Positions 19,738 through 30,501 are shown, counted from the first letter of the stretch. The stretch is 64,000 nt of DNA from Nitrososphaeria archaeon (GCA_050011875.1 JBEKIG010000007.1:1-64000); one strand, 5' to 3'. Numbers and translations: made by a program. Notes: generated by a model from the sequence alone, not told the origin.

Positions 19738-21359
19738 AGGAAACATTCTCTGAAATATCTCCAAGTGACTTCTTCTATAGGAACAGGGATTTAGCGGGGT
19801 TCACAAACCCTTCAAGAGCGCTTTATTCCACAGTTAGAGAGCTTGTAGAAAACTCTCTTGATGCCTGTGAGCTTGACAGTATACCACCAGAGATTTACAC
19901 GAGGATAACACAGTTCGATCCAAGAGAAACAGAAGATCCGAGAAAATATCTTGTTAGAATCCAAGACAACGGGCCAGGGGTTTCACCGGATTATGTGCCA
20001 GAAGCCTTTGGTAAAGTACTATATGGTTCAAAATACAAGCTTAGGCAATCAAGGGGAATGTTCGGACTAGGTGGAACAATGGCGATACTGTATGGGCAGA
20101 TAACCTCCAACAGGCCTGTAGTAATCCAGACTTCATTTGACGGAATAAAAAAGTACACATTTAGACTTATGATAGACATTGAAAAAAACAAGCCTCTGAT
20201 CTTGGAGAAGAAGGCGGAGGACGCCAATGGTAAAAGGGGTACTATAGTTGAACTCGTTGTGGAGGGAGACTATTTCAGGTCGACCCAGAAGATACAGGAT
20301 TACTTCAAACAGACGGCCTTAGTGGTTCCATACGCAGATATCACCTTTATAGACCCAGTCGGAAGAATATTCTACTATCTTAAGACAACAGGAGAAATGC
20401 CTCCTCCACCGAAAGAAACCTTGCCCCATCCTCACGGAATAGATGTAGAATTTATGAGAAGGATGATAAGACAAAGTAAGGAGCCGTATCTGGTTAAGTA
20501 TATGTCAAAGAGGTTTCATAGGGTAGGAGAAAAGACAGCGATTAAGTTCCTGCAGTTTGCGGGCTTTGACCAGAACAGAGACCCCAAAAGTCTTTCAGAC
20601 GAAGAAATAGTTAACCTCGTTACGTCTATGCACAAGTATGAAGAATTCCTCCCACCAGATGCTGACTGCCTTTCACCTCTTGGAGCAAACATTTTTTCTG
20701 CCGGGATAATAAAAGAACTTGTGCCAGAGTTCTTTACAATAGTGATGAGACCACCTTCGGCGTATTCTGGTTTCCCATTCATCGTCGAGCTTGCGTTAAT
20801 TTATGGCGGAAAGATGTCAGACAAGGGTATAAAGCTGTATAGGTTTGCGAACAGGATACCCTTGCTATATGATGAAGCATCAGACATTTCTTGGAAGGTG
20901 ATCAACGAGGAAATAGATTGGAAAAGATACAAGATACCTCAAGAAGCGCCGATTGCAGTTGTGGTCAACATAAGCTCAACAAGAATCCCATACAAAACCG
21001 TTGGCAAAGAATATCTGGCCGATAGACCAGAACTTGAGAAGGAACTTAAGAACGCGTTAAGAGAAACGTTAAGGAAGCTCTCAGCATACCTCTCAAGAAG
21101 GACATCAGAAGAGCATGAAAAAAGAAAGACGAACCTATACATTAAGTACCTGCCATTAATTGCAAACTTTTCAAGAGAACTAGCAAATAAGGAGAAGCTT
21201 CCAAACTATAAAAGGCTTCTAAAGGGGGGACAGGGTGAAATAGCAGTAGAAAAGGAGGCTGAAAAGATAGTTGAAAAAGAAGTAGCTGAAGAGGATAATG
21301 AGAAAGTTGAAGTTATAAAAGGGGGTCAGAAAAAAATTGAAGAATTCACCGTCGACTAG
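19734..21359 (+). CDS. top6B: DNA topoisomerase VI subunit B
   Basis: RELVENSLDA, DNGPG, QSRGMFGLG, RFANRIPLLYD; TTG start at 19734 likely. Confidence 0.96.
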   Translation: MKETFSEISPSDFFYRNRDLAGFTNPSRALYSTVRELVENSLDACELDSIPPEIYTRITQFDPRETEDPRKYLVRIQDNGPGVSPDYVPEAFGKVLYGSKYKLRQSRGMFGLGGTMAILYGQITSNRPVVIQTSFDGIKKYTFRLMIDIEKNKPLILEKKAEDANGKRGTIVELVVEGDYFRSTQKIQDYFKQTALVVPYADITFIDPVGRIFYYLKTTGEMPPPPKETLPHPHGIDVEFMRRMIRQSKEPYLVKYMSKRFHRVGEKTAIKFLQFAGFDQNRDPKSLSDEEIVNLVTSMHKYEEFLPPDADCLSPLGANIFSAGIIKELVPEFFTIVMRPPSAYSGFPFIVELALIYGGKMSDKGIKLYRFANRIPLLYDEASDISWKVINEEIDWKRYKIPQEAPIAVVVNISSTRIPYKTVGKEYLADRPELEKELKNALRETLRKLSAYLSRRTSEEHEKRKTNLYIKYLPLIANFSRELANKEKLPNYKRLLKGGQGEIAVEKEAEKIVEKEVAEEDNEKVEVIKGGQKKIEEFTVD

Positions 21360-22419
21360 AAAAAAGGAAGTTAAAGGGCTTCTTGAAAGGTTGGGAGAGA
21401 AGATATATCAGCAGATAGAACAAGGAAATTTTCCGGAAGTAGAAATGCCGAGCAGATCCGTTAAGAACATCGTCTATGACAAGGAACTCAAACAGTATGT
21501 TGTAGGAGGGAATATGGTTAAGAGAAATGCGAAGAACATCAAACACCTAAGACCATTCACACAGACTATATGGCTAGCCTTCTTTGTAAATAAGCTGATA
21601 AACGAAGGAAAGACGTCAACTCTGAGGGATGTCTACTATTCCGCGCAGGCGTTTAATATCGAGTTCACTGACCAGGCAGAATCAGATGAAATAATAACCG
21701 ACTTGGAAGCGTTACTGAGAAAGTCAAGGGAAGACTATAACGTCTATCCAGAAGAGAGAAGTGCGATATACGGCGATCTGACAATAACGTACACGGTTCC
21801 AGGACACGAGGGGAAAAAGCTTAACTTAGCATCACACCCGGACGGCTATCTTATAGGATCCAGCCTGAGCACAGCGGAGTTCACTAAAACTTCAGCAAAG
21901 CTTGTATTCGCGGTAGAAAAGGGAGGACTATTTACAAGGTTCGTGGAAAACAATGTCCACGAAAAATATAGAGCGCTTATAGTCGATACAGCAGGGCAGC
22001 CACCGAGATCAACAAGGTACTTCTTGAAACGACTAAACCAAGAACTGGGGCTGCCGGTCTATGTTTTAACAGACGCAGACCCTTACGGAATGCATATCTT
22101 TATGGTCATAGCATCAGGCTCAGCCAACGCGGCACATCTTACAGAGCTAACCGTGCCAACAGCGAAATGGCTAGGTGTAACGGCAACGGACATAGAAACA
22201 TACAAACTGCCATATGTGAAGCTTAAAGATGAAGATGTGAAGAGAGCCTACGAACTTAAAAATGACCCGAGGTACAAGGATGTAAGGTTCCAGAAGGAAC
22301 TTGATGTATTCATAAAAAAACAGAAGAAGGCAGAGCTAGAAGCGTTTGCAAAATACTCTCTAGATTACATTGTAGAAAAGTATCTTCCAGACAAACTTAA
22401 AGAAATCAACAGTAAGTAG
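21337..22419 (+). CDS. top6A: DNA topoisomerase VI subunit A
   Basis: STLRDVYY, VEKGG, TDADPYG, KAELEAF. Confidence 0.96.
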   Translation: MKNSPSTRKKEVKGLLERLGEKIYQQIEQGNFPEVEMPSRSVKNIVYDKELKQYVVGGNMVKRNAKNIKHLRPFTQTIWLAFFVNKLINEGKTSTLRDVYYSAQAFNIEFTDQAESDEIITDLEALLRKSREDYNVYPEERSAIYGDLTITYTVPGHEGKKLNLASHPDGYLIGSSLSTAEFTKTSAKLVFAVEKGGLFTRFVENNVHEKYRALIVDTAGQPPRSTRYFLKRLNQELGLPVYVLTDADPYGMHIFMVIASGSANAAHLTELTVPTAKWLGVTATDIETYKLPYVKLKDEDVKRAYELKNDPRYKDVRFQKELDVFIKKQKKAELEAFAKYSLDYIVEKYLPDKLKEINSK

Positions 22420-22450
22420 AAAAAGTTATATCCACATCACTAAACCAAGA

Positions 22451-22654
22451 GTGAGCATGAACGACCAAAACATAGATACAAGGCTTAACTTTATAACAAA
22501 GATCATCGGCATAGTTTTTTTAATAATTGGATTATTTATGGAGTTTATGATAGCTACAACATCACTCTATCCACCATTAGCAGGAATGTTTCAGATACTC
22601 GCCATTATAATGATAGTCGTAGGAGCGGTGTCGCTTATAGCTAAGATAAGCTGA
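22451..22654 (+). CDS. Small two-TM membrane protein
   Basis: Two hydrophobic segments; BRE/TATA-like AAAAAGTTATAT just upstream. Confidence 0.6.
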   Translation: MSMNDQNIDTRLNFITKIIGIVFLIIGLFMEFMIATTSLYPPLAGMFQILAIIMIVVGAVSLIAKIS

Positions 22655-22660
22655 AAAGGT

Positions 22661-22676
22661 CAAAAGTTATATATTG
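22661..22676 (+). promoter_or_regulatory. BRE-TATA promoter of tRNA-Asn
   Basis: CAAAAGTTATATATTG about 25-40 bp upstream of the tRNA. Confidence 0.6.
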
Positions 22677-22699
22677 AGAAGTATGACCTCCAAAAACGT

Positions 22700-22776
22700 G
22701 CCGCTGTAGCTTAACCCGGTAAAGCGGCTGGCTGTTAACCAGTAGAGTGGAGGTTCAAATCCTCCCAGCGGCGCCA
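22700..22776 (+). tRNA. tRNA-Asn(GTT), CCA encoded
   Basis: GCCGCTG/CAGCGGC acceptor, CTGTTAA anticodon loop, GGTTCAAATCC. Confidence 0.95.
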
Positions 22777-22952
22777 TTATAATACTCAAAATTTAATCAT
22801 AAAAAAGGTAGACCTATAATATTTCTTTGCTGAAAATGTGAATAAAAAAATTTTTTACCATTTCAATATTCTTTTATCCTATTATTTTGTCAACAATTTT
22901 ATTATTTTATTCCCAATAGTCAACCTCATTGAAAACAGAAGATATAAGGAAG

Positions 22953-23059
22953 TGGGCCCAATGGGATTTGAACCCACGGCTGACCGGTGTCTCAAGGGAG
23001 TTTAGATGTGTTACGTCCTATATGAGCCGGTCACTCTGACCAAACTGAGTTATGGGCCC
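22953..23059 (-). tRNA. tRNA(CAT), most likely tRNA-Ile2, with 32-nt canonical 37/38 intron (22989-23020)
   Basis: GGGCCCA acceptor is Ile-type (not the Met AGCGGG/GCCG type); anticodon arm ACCGG-CTCATA^A-CCGGT. Confidence 0.88.
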
Positions 23060-23168
23060 ATTTTTATATGGGTCTGTACTTTAGGGCTGTTTAAATAATT
23101 TTTGTTTTGGACATAAAGTAACTTATTTAACAGGAAACGTGGATGCAATAAAAAAAGTATGCTTTCTC

Positions 23169-23939
23169 TTAAACTCCTTTCTTTAGTTCATTAAGCCATT
23201 CTTTTGCAGCGTTCACCATAATCGCAAGTTCGCCTGAGCAGTCTATCATCTTGAAACCCTGCTTTATCCTCTTTACCGCTGTCTTCGGGTCGTCGGTCCA
23301 GATTCCTCCCGGTTTGTCAGCCTGCTTAGAAGTCCTCAAAACTGCATCAATTGCGCTCTTGAACTTTTCACTTTCAAAATCTCCTGGACAACCAAGAGAC
23401 CAGGATAAATCGTATGGGCCAATAAAGAAGGCGTCGATACCATCTATCGACAGCATGTCTTTTATGTTCTTTATCGCCTGTTCTGTTTCGATCTGGATAA
23501 TGGTCACGATACTATCATTAGCTCTTTTACCATATGTGGGGTCAAAACCGTAGGCAGATGCTCTCCTAGGGCCAAAACCTCTAATGCCCTTCGGGGGATA
23601 TCTGCAGGCTTTAACAGCTTTCTCCGCTTCTTCAACTGTGTTTACCCAAGGCACAACGACACCTTCAGAACCGACGTCTAGAGCCAATTTTATGAGAACC
23701 GGGTCGTTCCATGCAACACGCACAAGGGGGGAAGTAGTGCTACTGCTCATAGGCTGAATAAGTTTCTGTACTATTCCCGCGTTCAGAGGAGAGTGTTCCG
23801 TGTCAAATACGAACCAGTCGAAACCAACTCTAGAAAGAGCGTCGACGACATCGGAATCGGTCAAAGTTATCCAAGTGCCAAAATTTACTTTTTGCTCAGC
23901 CAGAATTTTCTTCATTCTATTAGAAACAAATTCGGGCAT
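23169..23939 (-). CDS. HpcH/HpaI (GarL-like) class II aldolase
   Basis: GFDWFVFDTEHSP, CRYPPKGIRGFG, QIET, FIGPYDLS. Confidence 0.92.
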   Translation of the reverse strand: MPEFVSNRMKKILAEQKVNFGTWITLTDSDVVDALSRVGFDWFVFDTEHSPLNAGIVQKLIQPMSSSTTSPLVRVAWNDPVLIKLALDVGSEGVVVPWVNTVEEAEKAVKACRYPPKGIRGFGPRRASAYGFDPTYGKRANDSIVTIIQIETEQAIKNIKDMLSIDGIDAFFIGPYDLSWSLGCPGDFESEKFKSAIDAVLRTSKQADKPGGIWTDDPKTAVKRIKQGFKMIDCSGELAIMVNAAKEWLNELKKGV

Positions 23940-24035
23940 ATTCCCTCAATTACGTATTTGAAGTGTAGGGTATAAAGTCTTCTACCTAAGATAATGTGGT
24001 TCAATCAATATTTTAAAATTTTGTTATTGATTGCC

Positions 24036-25061
24036 TTACAAGTTCGTAAATTTTGTTTTAGAAAGTATTGTTTTCCCCTGCTCAGCGATTATCCTATTAA
24101 CCCTCTCTGTCGTGACGCCCGTCGTTGCTCCTATTTCCCCAATGCATGCAGCGCCAGCAGCTTGTGCGAAAAGCAGGATCTCAGCCGCTTCCTGCACCGT
24201 CAGATCTTCCAAACTTCTTCCGGCTTCTATAATGTCGAGAAGCTTCCTTGCAGTTCCAGCACACATAGAGTCCCCAGCACCTGTAGGATCGATGGGTTCA
24301 ACGTTAAACGCCGGTTGTTTAATGAATCTGTTCTTAAATAGCACAGTTGAACCGAACTTTCCATCACTTACAATGTAAAACTTGACCCCTCTATCAGCAG
24401 CCCACCTAAGGCCATCTAGTGGATCAGACTGGCCTGTTATACCTTGAAATTCCTGAACATTGCTATGTAAAATGTCAACGTAAGGCAGTGCAGGATGGCT
24501 GTAGCTCCATTCCTTCTCATAGGGTCTACATAAATCTAGGATTGTTCGGATATTATTGTTAAAGCAGTACTTAAGAAGATCTTTGAGCCTGAAGTCAAAT
24601 TTGCCCAGTATACCGGATGCGACGTAAAGTATCTTGGGCTCATATTTTTTGACTGCACGCATTACATAGTCGAAGTCTAAGAACAAATTGGCGCCCAACA
24701 TTCCAACATTCGCTTTATCCTCACCTTTTTTTATAAGAAGTATCGATATGCCTGTCGGCACATCTTCTACGCGTTGGAGTCTTCCAACTACACCCCTAGA
24801 TCTCAGGAAATCCTGTACAAAATCGCCTAAAATATCTTTGCCTACTGCTAAAGCGACTCTAACATCGCACTTCTTAAGGTTCAGCTGTTTTAAATCCACT
24901 GAAACATTGGCAGGATGTCCACCGATAGAGATTTTGATTCCTTGAGGAGTTGTAATCCCTTCCCCTGGTGCTGGGATCTTAGGCAGCTCGGTGGCTAATA
25001 TGTCCGCGAAGACAAACCCGCATGTTAATATCTTAGCCAACAAAATCACTACATGATTCAA
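24036..25061 (-). CDS. PfkB/ribokinase-family carbohydrate kinase
   Basis: GGHPANVS, DPTGAGDS. Confidence 0.9.
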   Translation of the reverse strand: MNHVVILLAKILTCGFVFADILATELPKIPAPGEGITTPQGIKISIGGHPANVSVDLKQLNLKKCDVRVALAVGKDILGDFVQDFLRSRGVVGRLQRVEDVPTGISILLIKKGEDKANVGMLGANLFLDFDYVMRAVKKYEPKILYVASGILGKFDFRLKDLLKYCFNNNIRTILDLCRPYEKEWSYSHPALPYVDILHSNVQEFQGITGQSDPLDGLRWAADRGVKFYIVSDGKFGSTVLFKNRFIKQPAFNVEPIDPTGAGDSMCAGTARKLLDIIEAGRSLEDLTVQEAAEILLFAQAAGAACIGEIGATTGVTTERVNRIIAEQGKTILSKTKFTNL

Positions 25062-25097
25062 CTTATAAAATGCATATTTAAATCTTGTTTCAAAAGA

Positions 25098-26342
25098 TTA
25101 TTCTTCTAGGATCATCCCTTCAAATAGGTGCTCCATAAGTAGCCGCATGTTTTCCTCCGTTATCTTTCTTGGATTGAATGTTGGCAATCCATAAATGTAC
25201 TGCCGCTCATTAACTATATAGTCCGAGAACTCGGCTAGCTCATTCTGAGGAACACCAAACTCCTTTAGTGTCAAAGGCAAGTCTAGATCTTTCATTAGAG
25301 TTACTACCTCACGTATGGCGGCCTTTGCCGCTTCCCTAGTCGAAAGCGCATGGACATCTGCACCCGTCATCCAAGAAAATCTAGCTATCTTCTCAAAACA
25401 TGCTGGAAGGTTAAATCCCAAAACATATGGCAGGGTCATCCCACACGCGGCACCATGTGGTATACTCCATCTAGGCCCAGCCGCTTCAGCTATACAGTGA
25501 CCTAGGATTGCCGGCCCCCCAATCCAGGTGTAGCCTATTACAATCCCTCCAAGCATGGACGCACATGACATACTCCATCGAGCTTCAAGATCCTTACCAT
25601 CGTGGTAAGCACGTCTAGCGTACTTGAATACGAGTCTTATAGCTTCAAGAGCCTGGCTATCTGAAATCGGATTAGAGTAGTTGCTGATTAATGCTTCAAC
25701 ACAATGGCTTAGTGCGTCCATGGCACTGCCAGCCGTCTGTTTTTGAGGACAACTCATCGCCATAAGCGGATCCACTATTGCGGTTTCAGCGTAAAGGCTT
25801 GGACTTGCAGCCCAAGTCTTGTACACACCTTCAATAATAACCGAATATGGAGACACCTCGCTCCCCGTTCCTGAAGTCGTTGGTATCAAAATTTTTGCTT
25901 TGGGTGGGAACTTTATCATATCATGCGCCGGATTAACATATGTCATCAGATCGTCTGGATTAGTTAGGCATGCAGCAACCATCTTTGCTGTGTCCATAAC
26001 CGCCCCTCCACCTAAGCCTACCACTGCATCATACTTTCCTTCTCTCCCGAATGCGACAGCCTTTCTTACGCTGTCAGAATCGGGCTCGCTAGCAATATCA
26101 TCATAGACATCGACACCAACACCTTCTCTCTTTATCAGGTCGACAACCTTGCCGACTATGCCCACTTTCTCTATTCCTTTATCTGTAATTAATCCAATTC
26201 TCTGACCAAAGCGCTTAACTTCAGGTCCTATAAAAGATTCGACAGACCCAGTACCAAATACAACCTTCTTTGCACCCTGGTATTCTGATATTCTAGCCAG
26301 AGGCAGATTTGCCTCAAAAGATCTTAAACTCAAATCGTACAC
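25098..26342 (-). CDS. Iron-containing alcohol dehydrogenase
   Basis: GLGGGAVMDTAK, IPTTSGTGSE, DALSHCVE, GH...HG. Confidence 0.92.
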   Translation of the reverse strand: MYDLSLRSFEANLPLARISEYQGAKKVVFGTGSVESFIGPEVKRFGQRIGLITDKGIEKVGIVGKVVDLIKREGVGVDVYDDIASEPDSDSVRKAVAFGREGKYDAVVGLGGGAVMDTAKMVAACLTNPDDLMTYVNPAHDMIKFPPKAKILIPTTSGTGSEVSPYSVIIEGVYKTWAASPSLYAETAIVDPLMAMSCPQKQTAGSAMDALSHCVEALISNYSNPISDSQALEAIRLVFKYARRAYHDGKDLEARWSMSCASMLGGIVIGYTWIGGPAILGHCIAEAAGPRWSIPHGAACGMTLPYVLGFNLPACFEKIARFSWMTGADVHALSTREAAKAAIREVVTLMKDLDLPLTLKEFGVPQNELAEFSDYIVNERQYIYGLPTFNPRKITEENMRLLMEHLFEGMILEE

Positions 26343-26894
26343 CTTAAGTATACTATCAAGCCATGCCTTTAATAATTTTTAATCCAACAGAATAACATCA
26401 TGTCCATGTCTTTAGAATCAAACGGTACCAAACAACCTCTACCATTGAGAGTTGATTGAACTATAGTGCAAAGTAACTAATCATATCCTGGGCGAGCTTG
26501 AAAACCCTTAAGTTCAGTTCCTAGCCAAAATGTTCCTTATTCCGTATCTAAAATGACAGGAAGGCAGTTTAAATCGAATTATCTTTGTACAAACAACGTA
26601 AGAGCATCCTATTTAGATATCGGTGTAAATTGAAAATTATCGACTAATTAAATGAGGAAGATAAAGAAATTAAAAGAGCTGTACGAGTTCTAATAAATAC
26701 TCTGAGAATAAAAATAAATAATTAGGAAAGGTGATAGCAGAAACCCTGATGATTTAAGATATGTTGACCATGGCACCATGTACAACAAAAGAAAGGCTGT
26801 TTGTTTCGTTCATAAATTATCGTAGCGATATATATGATCCAATTCATTTCCATCTTTCATTATGAAGATAAAGCTTTTAGCGTATGGTTTATAG

Positions 26895-26970
26895 TGCTCC
26901 GGCCGGGATTTGAACCCGGGATCTACGGCTCGAAAGGCCGGAATGCTTGACCGGACTACACCACCGGAGC
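26895..26970 (-). tRNA. tRNA-Glu(TTC)
   Basis: GCTCCGG acceptor, CTTTCGA anticodon loop, GGGTTCAAATCCC. Confidence 0.95.
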
Positions 26971-27080
26971 ACGTTTATCTGTGGAGTTTTTAATGTGTTT
27001 ATATTGTTTTTGTTTTCGTTGACATTTCGATCGCGTTTACCTTAAAGTTATATAAATTACGTTTTCTACGTCCTAGGCAA

Positions 27081-27452
27081 ATGGAAAAGATAGGGCATAT
27101 CATCTGTCATGTTGAAATTTCAACAAATAATGTTGGACAATCAGGCAAGTTCTATAAAGAGGTATTTGGCTGGAAAATCATCTGCGACCAAGCAAATTCG
27201 AACTATGCTACATTTGATCCGGGTTCGGGTGTTGGGGGAGGAATTGTTAAGTCAAAGAATATTATTCCACCGCACACCGTTGTTTATGTTTTGACTGACG
27301 ATATAACAGAAACTTTAAAGAAGGTAGTAGAAAAAGGAGGAAAAATTATTTTAGACAAAACGCAGTTAGGACAAGACGAAAAAAGAGGATGGTTTGCATT
27401 CTTCTCAGATCCCGATGGAAATCTGATCGGATTATTTGAACCTAAGCTATAG
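27081..27452 (+). CDS. VOC/glyoxalase-family protein
   Basis: ICHVEI, FYKEVFGW, FSDPDGNLIGL. Confidence 0.9.
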   Translation: MEKIGHIICHVEISTNNVGQSGKFYKEVFGWKIICDQANSNYATFDPGSGVGGGIVKSKNIIPPHTVVYVLTDDITETLKKVVEKGGKIILDKTQLGQDEKRGWFAFFSDPDGNLIGLFEPKL

Positions 27453-27969
27453 GTTCTGGATGGTAAAATTCTACATTACACTTTATTAGAAGATTGTTTT
27501 TGAAGACGATATATAATATTTCTACTTAAAAGTAAAGTTTGATGTCGACTGTAAAGATGATTTTGGCTTTATACTTCTAAAATTGGCGCTGCCCATGTTA
27601 ATGCTTCTTTTTTGGCTTATGCAGGACGACAAGCCGCTGGTTCACTTAATTAAAGCAAGAGAAATTTAAATATTTGCTGAATAAAATGAACCCATGAGGT
27701 AATAAAAGTCAAAACAGAAGCCTTTTAGATCATCGAGAAGGGTCCTCAGTCTAACTGTGTTTAAAGAAGCTTTGGGATTATGGAAAAGAAACGTAGAGTC
27801 CTACGTAGAATAAAAGTTTTCAAACCCAGTAAGATTGTTAACGAGGTCAGAGAACTGTTGCTTGGACAACATGGGTAAAACATAAAAAAAAGATATCCGA
27901 CCCGGTAACCTGTTTCCTTGATATAGAATATAGTTTGAAATAGTTACCTAAGGTGAAAGTGCCTCATGT

Positions 27970-28368
27970 TCAAACTCTATTAAAGGTTACCTTTGACGTT
28001 ACACATATTTTGCAGTCTGACGGCACGCCACTGACATTCTTGTGAATTTCACAGAGGAGACCCTTTCTCCTAAGTTCTTTGCATAGGGCGCAGAAGTACT
28101 CCATGCTTCCAACTGAGGGATTATTTGTAATTTCTTCCGCATAAGAGTGGGCGTAGTGATCAATGACATCTAAATCAAAAAACGATCTAAACTTCTGGCT
28201 AAACCCCCTCTTTTGTCCCACATAGAGGCTTACGGTTGCCTGTGAAATACTTAGCAGTTTCGCTACTTCGATCTGGGTTAAGCCTCTCTCATTTATCAGT
28301 ATATTGACCACCTTAGATCTAAAGACAGGTAATACATACTTGGAAGAAATTTCGCAAACAGGATGCAT
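27970..28368 (-). CDS. HTH transcriptional regulator with Cys-rich C-terminus (archaeal XRE-like)
   Basis: MHPVCE, GLTQIEVAKLLSISQATVSLY, CxxC...CxxH...CxxC; divergent from thioredoxin. Confidence 0.85.
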   Translation of the reverse strand: MHPVCEISSKYVLPVFRSKVVNILINERGLTQIEVAKLLSISQATVSLYVGQKRGFSQKFRSFFDLDVIDHYAHSYAEEITNNPSVGSMEYFCALCKELRRKGLLCEIHKNVSGVPSDCKICVTSKVTFNRV

Positions 28369-28489
28369 AATACCGAAATATAACAAGGGTTAAATAAAGA
28401 TATAACTGTTTTCTAAAATATTCTAGTCCGATAATAAAAAATAATTTAATAATTAAAGTTTTATATTTAACTATTAAGAGTGTGGATTC

Positions 28490-28909
28490 GTGCCTGACGA
28501 GGAATTGGACAAAATTATGGAGAAGTACGAGGAAATGCTCAAAGATGAGCATAGCGCAGATGCTGATGTTGCAGAAACATCTGGAAAAATACTTTATCAC
28601 ATAGGAGACAGCGACTTTGATCAGTTTTTGAAAGCAAAAAAGGACATGGCTGTAGACTTCTATGCTGACTGGTGTGGTCCGTGCAAGATAATGTCTCCAA
28701 TCTTCGATGAAGTCGCAAATGAAATTTCCCCAAAGATTTCGTTTGCAAAGGTCAACGTCGATGATAGTCCTAACACAGCGGAAAAGTTCTCTATAATGGG
28801 CGTACCAACTGTTTTATACTTTAAGAGCGGTAGTCTAGTTGATAAAACCGTCGGAGCAATTCCTAAAAACACCTTCAGGAATAAGATAAAAGAAATTTAC
28901 GGAATCTAA
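28490..28909 (+). CDS. trxA: Thioredoxin
   Basis: DFYADWCGPCK, GVPT. Confidence 0.93.
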   Translation: MPDEELDKIMEKYEEMLKDEHSADADVAETSGKILYHIGDSDFDQFLKAKKDMAVDFYADWCGPCKIMSPIFDEVANEISPKISFAKVNVDDSPNTAEKFSIMGVPTVLYFKSGSLVDKTVGAIPKNTFRNKIKEIYGI

Positions 28910-28949
28910 AAATCATTCTGTATTGAAAGAATTATCTGTTTAAAAATTA

Positions 28950-30122
28950 TCATCCTTTTAAAAGCATAAACTCTAGACCCAAAATTTGATATACATCAGA
29001 AAGAACTCCCAAATTCGAACCTTCTCTCATGGCTGTATCTGTCACTTTGAAAAACAAATTCAACGCATTACTTGTATCCATGTTGGAGTATAGTTCTTCA
29101 AAAAATTTGTCCTTTAAATCTTGAACCTCCTTTGACGGAGCGGAAACGCCCTTATAATTGTGAAGACGTCCCTGCATGTCTCCTAAAATTTCCTTATACC
29201 TGAGCAGATCTTCCATCTTAAAGTTGAGTTCTTCTTCTCTGCTCTTTGAGAGAAAATACGCCCTTAAAGCTTCAGGAGGACATTCACTTAGTATCTTGTC
29301 AGCGTAAATAACGTTTCCCTCAGACTTCGACATCTTTTTCCCTTCAATCATCAGAACACACGTGTGAACCCAATAAGGTACGTAAGGCGCTGTACCTTCA
29401 ACAGCTATCCCCAAGCATTCTAGACAATCGTGATGGGGGTAAACGAGTTCAACGGCTCCACCGTGCAAATCGTGCGGGCCTTTGAAAACATCATTAGCTA
29501 TAACGATGTCTTGCAGATGCCACCCGGGCCTGCCCATGCCCCAGGGAGAGTCCCAATAGGGTTTTTCATCGCTTTTGAACCACAGGAGGAAATCTAGCGG
29601 CCCCTTTTTCCCATCATAGGAGTCCAGCCTGAGATCGTAAAGTCTTTCCCTGCTAAGACCGGATACCAGTCCATGATCAACAATTTTATCATAGTCGAGG
29701 AAGATGTTGCTATTCAGTTGGTAGGCAAGTCCCTTAGAAGTAAGTTTTTTAACAACGTCTACGCTCTTTTGGACGTATTCTGAAGCTCTTGGATAGTAGG
29801 TGGGTGTTCGGATGTTTAGTTTAGATAAGGTCTTTAACGTCTTCCTGTAGAACTTATCAGATATTTCCTTATACGAGACGCCTTCTCTTTTTGCCTTTTT
29901 AAAGACGTCTTCGTCTATGTCTGTAAAATTCAGGGCGAAATCAACCTTGTACCCTGAACGTTGTAGTGTTCTTGCGAGTACATCGAAAAAGACGAAGGTT
30001 CTAACATGTCCTAGGTGCAGCCCGTCGTACACTGTTGGGCCACAGACCTGCATCTGAAGTCGATCGGCATGCCTCGACCTGATTTCAACAATCGATTGAG
30101 TGTTTGTGGTGTAGAGGCGCAT
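28950..30122 (-). CDS. Cysteinyl-tRNA-synthetase-like protein (short, altered active site)
   Basis: VCGPTVY, HLGH, GRPGWHLQD, YPHHDCL, KMSKS; about 390 aa. Confidence 0.85.
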   Translation of the reverse strand: MRLYTTNTQSIVEIRSRHADRLQMQVCGPTVYDGLHLGHVRTFVFFDVLARTLQRSGYKVDFALNFTDIDEDVFKKAKREGVSYKEISDKFYRKTLKTLSKLNIRTPTYYPRASEYVQKSVDVVKKLTSKGLAYQLNSNIFLDYDKIVDHGLVSGLSRERLYDLRLDSYDGKKGPLDFLLWFKSDEKPYWDSPWGMGRPGWHLQDIVIANDVFKGPHDLHGGAVELVYPHHDCLECLGIAVEGTAPYVPYWVHTCVLMIEGKKMSKSEGNVIYADKILSECPPEALRAYFLSKSREEELNFKMEDLLRYKEILGDMQGRLHNYKGVSAPSKEVQDLKDKFFEELYSNMDTSNALNLFFKVTDTAMREGSNLGVLSDVYQILGLEFMLLKG

Positions 30123-30171
30123 GTACGCCAAAACTTTAATTTCCAATACTATTTAAGTAGTACGCGATATA

Positions 30172-30468
30172 ATGAAAAAAGATGATCGATGCTATATAAA
30201 CTATATACCTTGGGAAAGAGAGCTGCCAGAAAACGACTTGAAGAAGAAAGTCCTCACACTTGGACCAGATGAGGGAATAAGGATATCAGCCGAACTATGT
30301 GATGGAAGGACAGTAAAAATTTTTGTAAACAAAACTGGTCTTGAACATGTAATCACACTGATTTATGATAATGGAAAAGAGCGCATATCCAGCTTCAAAG
30401 GTGGTATCGAAGCTTACAATGCACTATTTAAACAGATAAAGAATATAAGAAATATTATTCTATACTAA
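30172..30468 (+). CDS. Hypothetical protein
   Basis: 98-aa ORF with ATG start and coding-like composition filling the gap. Confidence 0.6.
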   Translation: MKKDDRCYINYIPWERELPENDLKKKVLTLGPDEGIRISAELCDGRTVKIFVNKTGLEHVITLIYDNGKERISSFKGGIEAYNALFKQIKNIRNIILY

Positions 30469-30501
30469 GGTAAGTCTACGGAAAAAACGTTACGATGCAG
30501 A

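Noticed and set aside
27690-27900. Possible decayed small gene (EALGLWKRNVESYVE)
   Set aside because: Too short and interrupted to assign to any family by eye.
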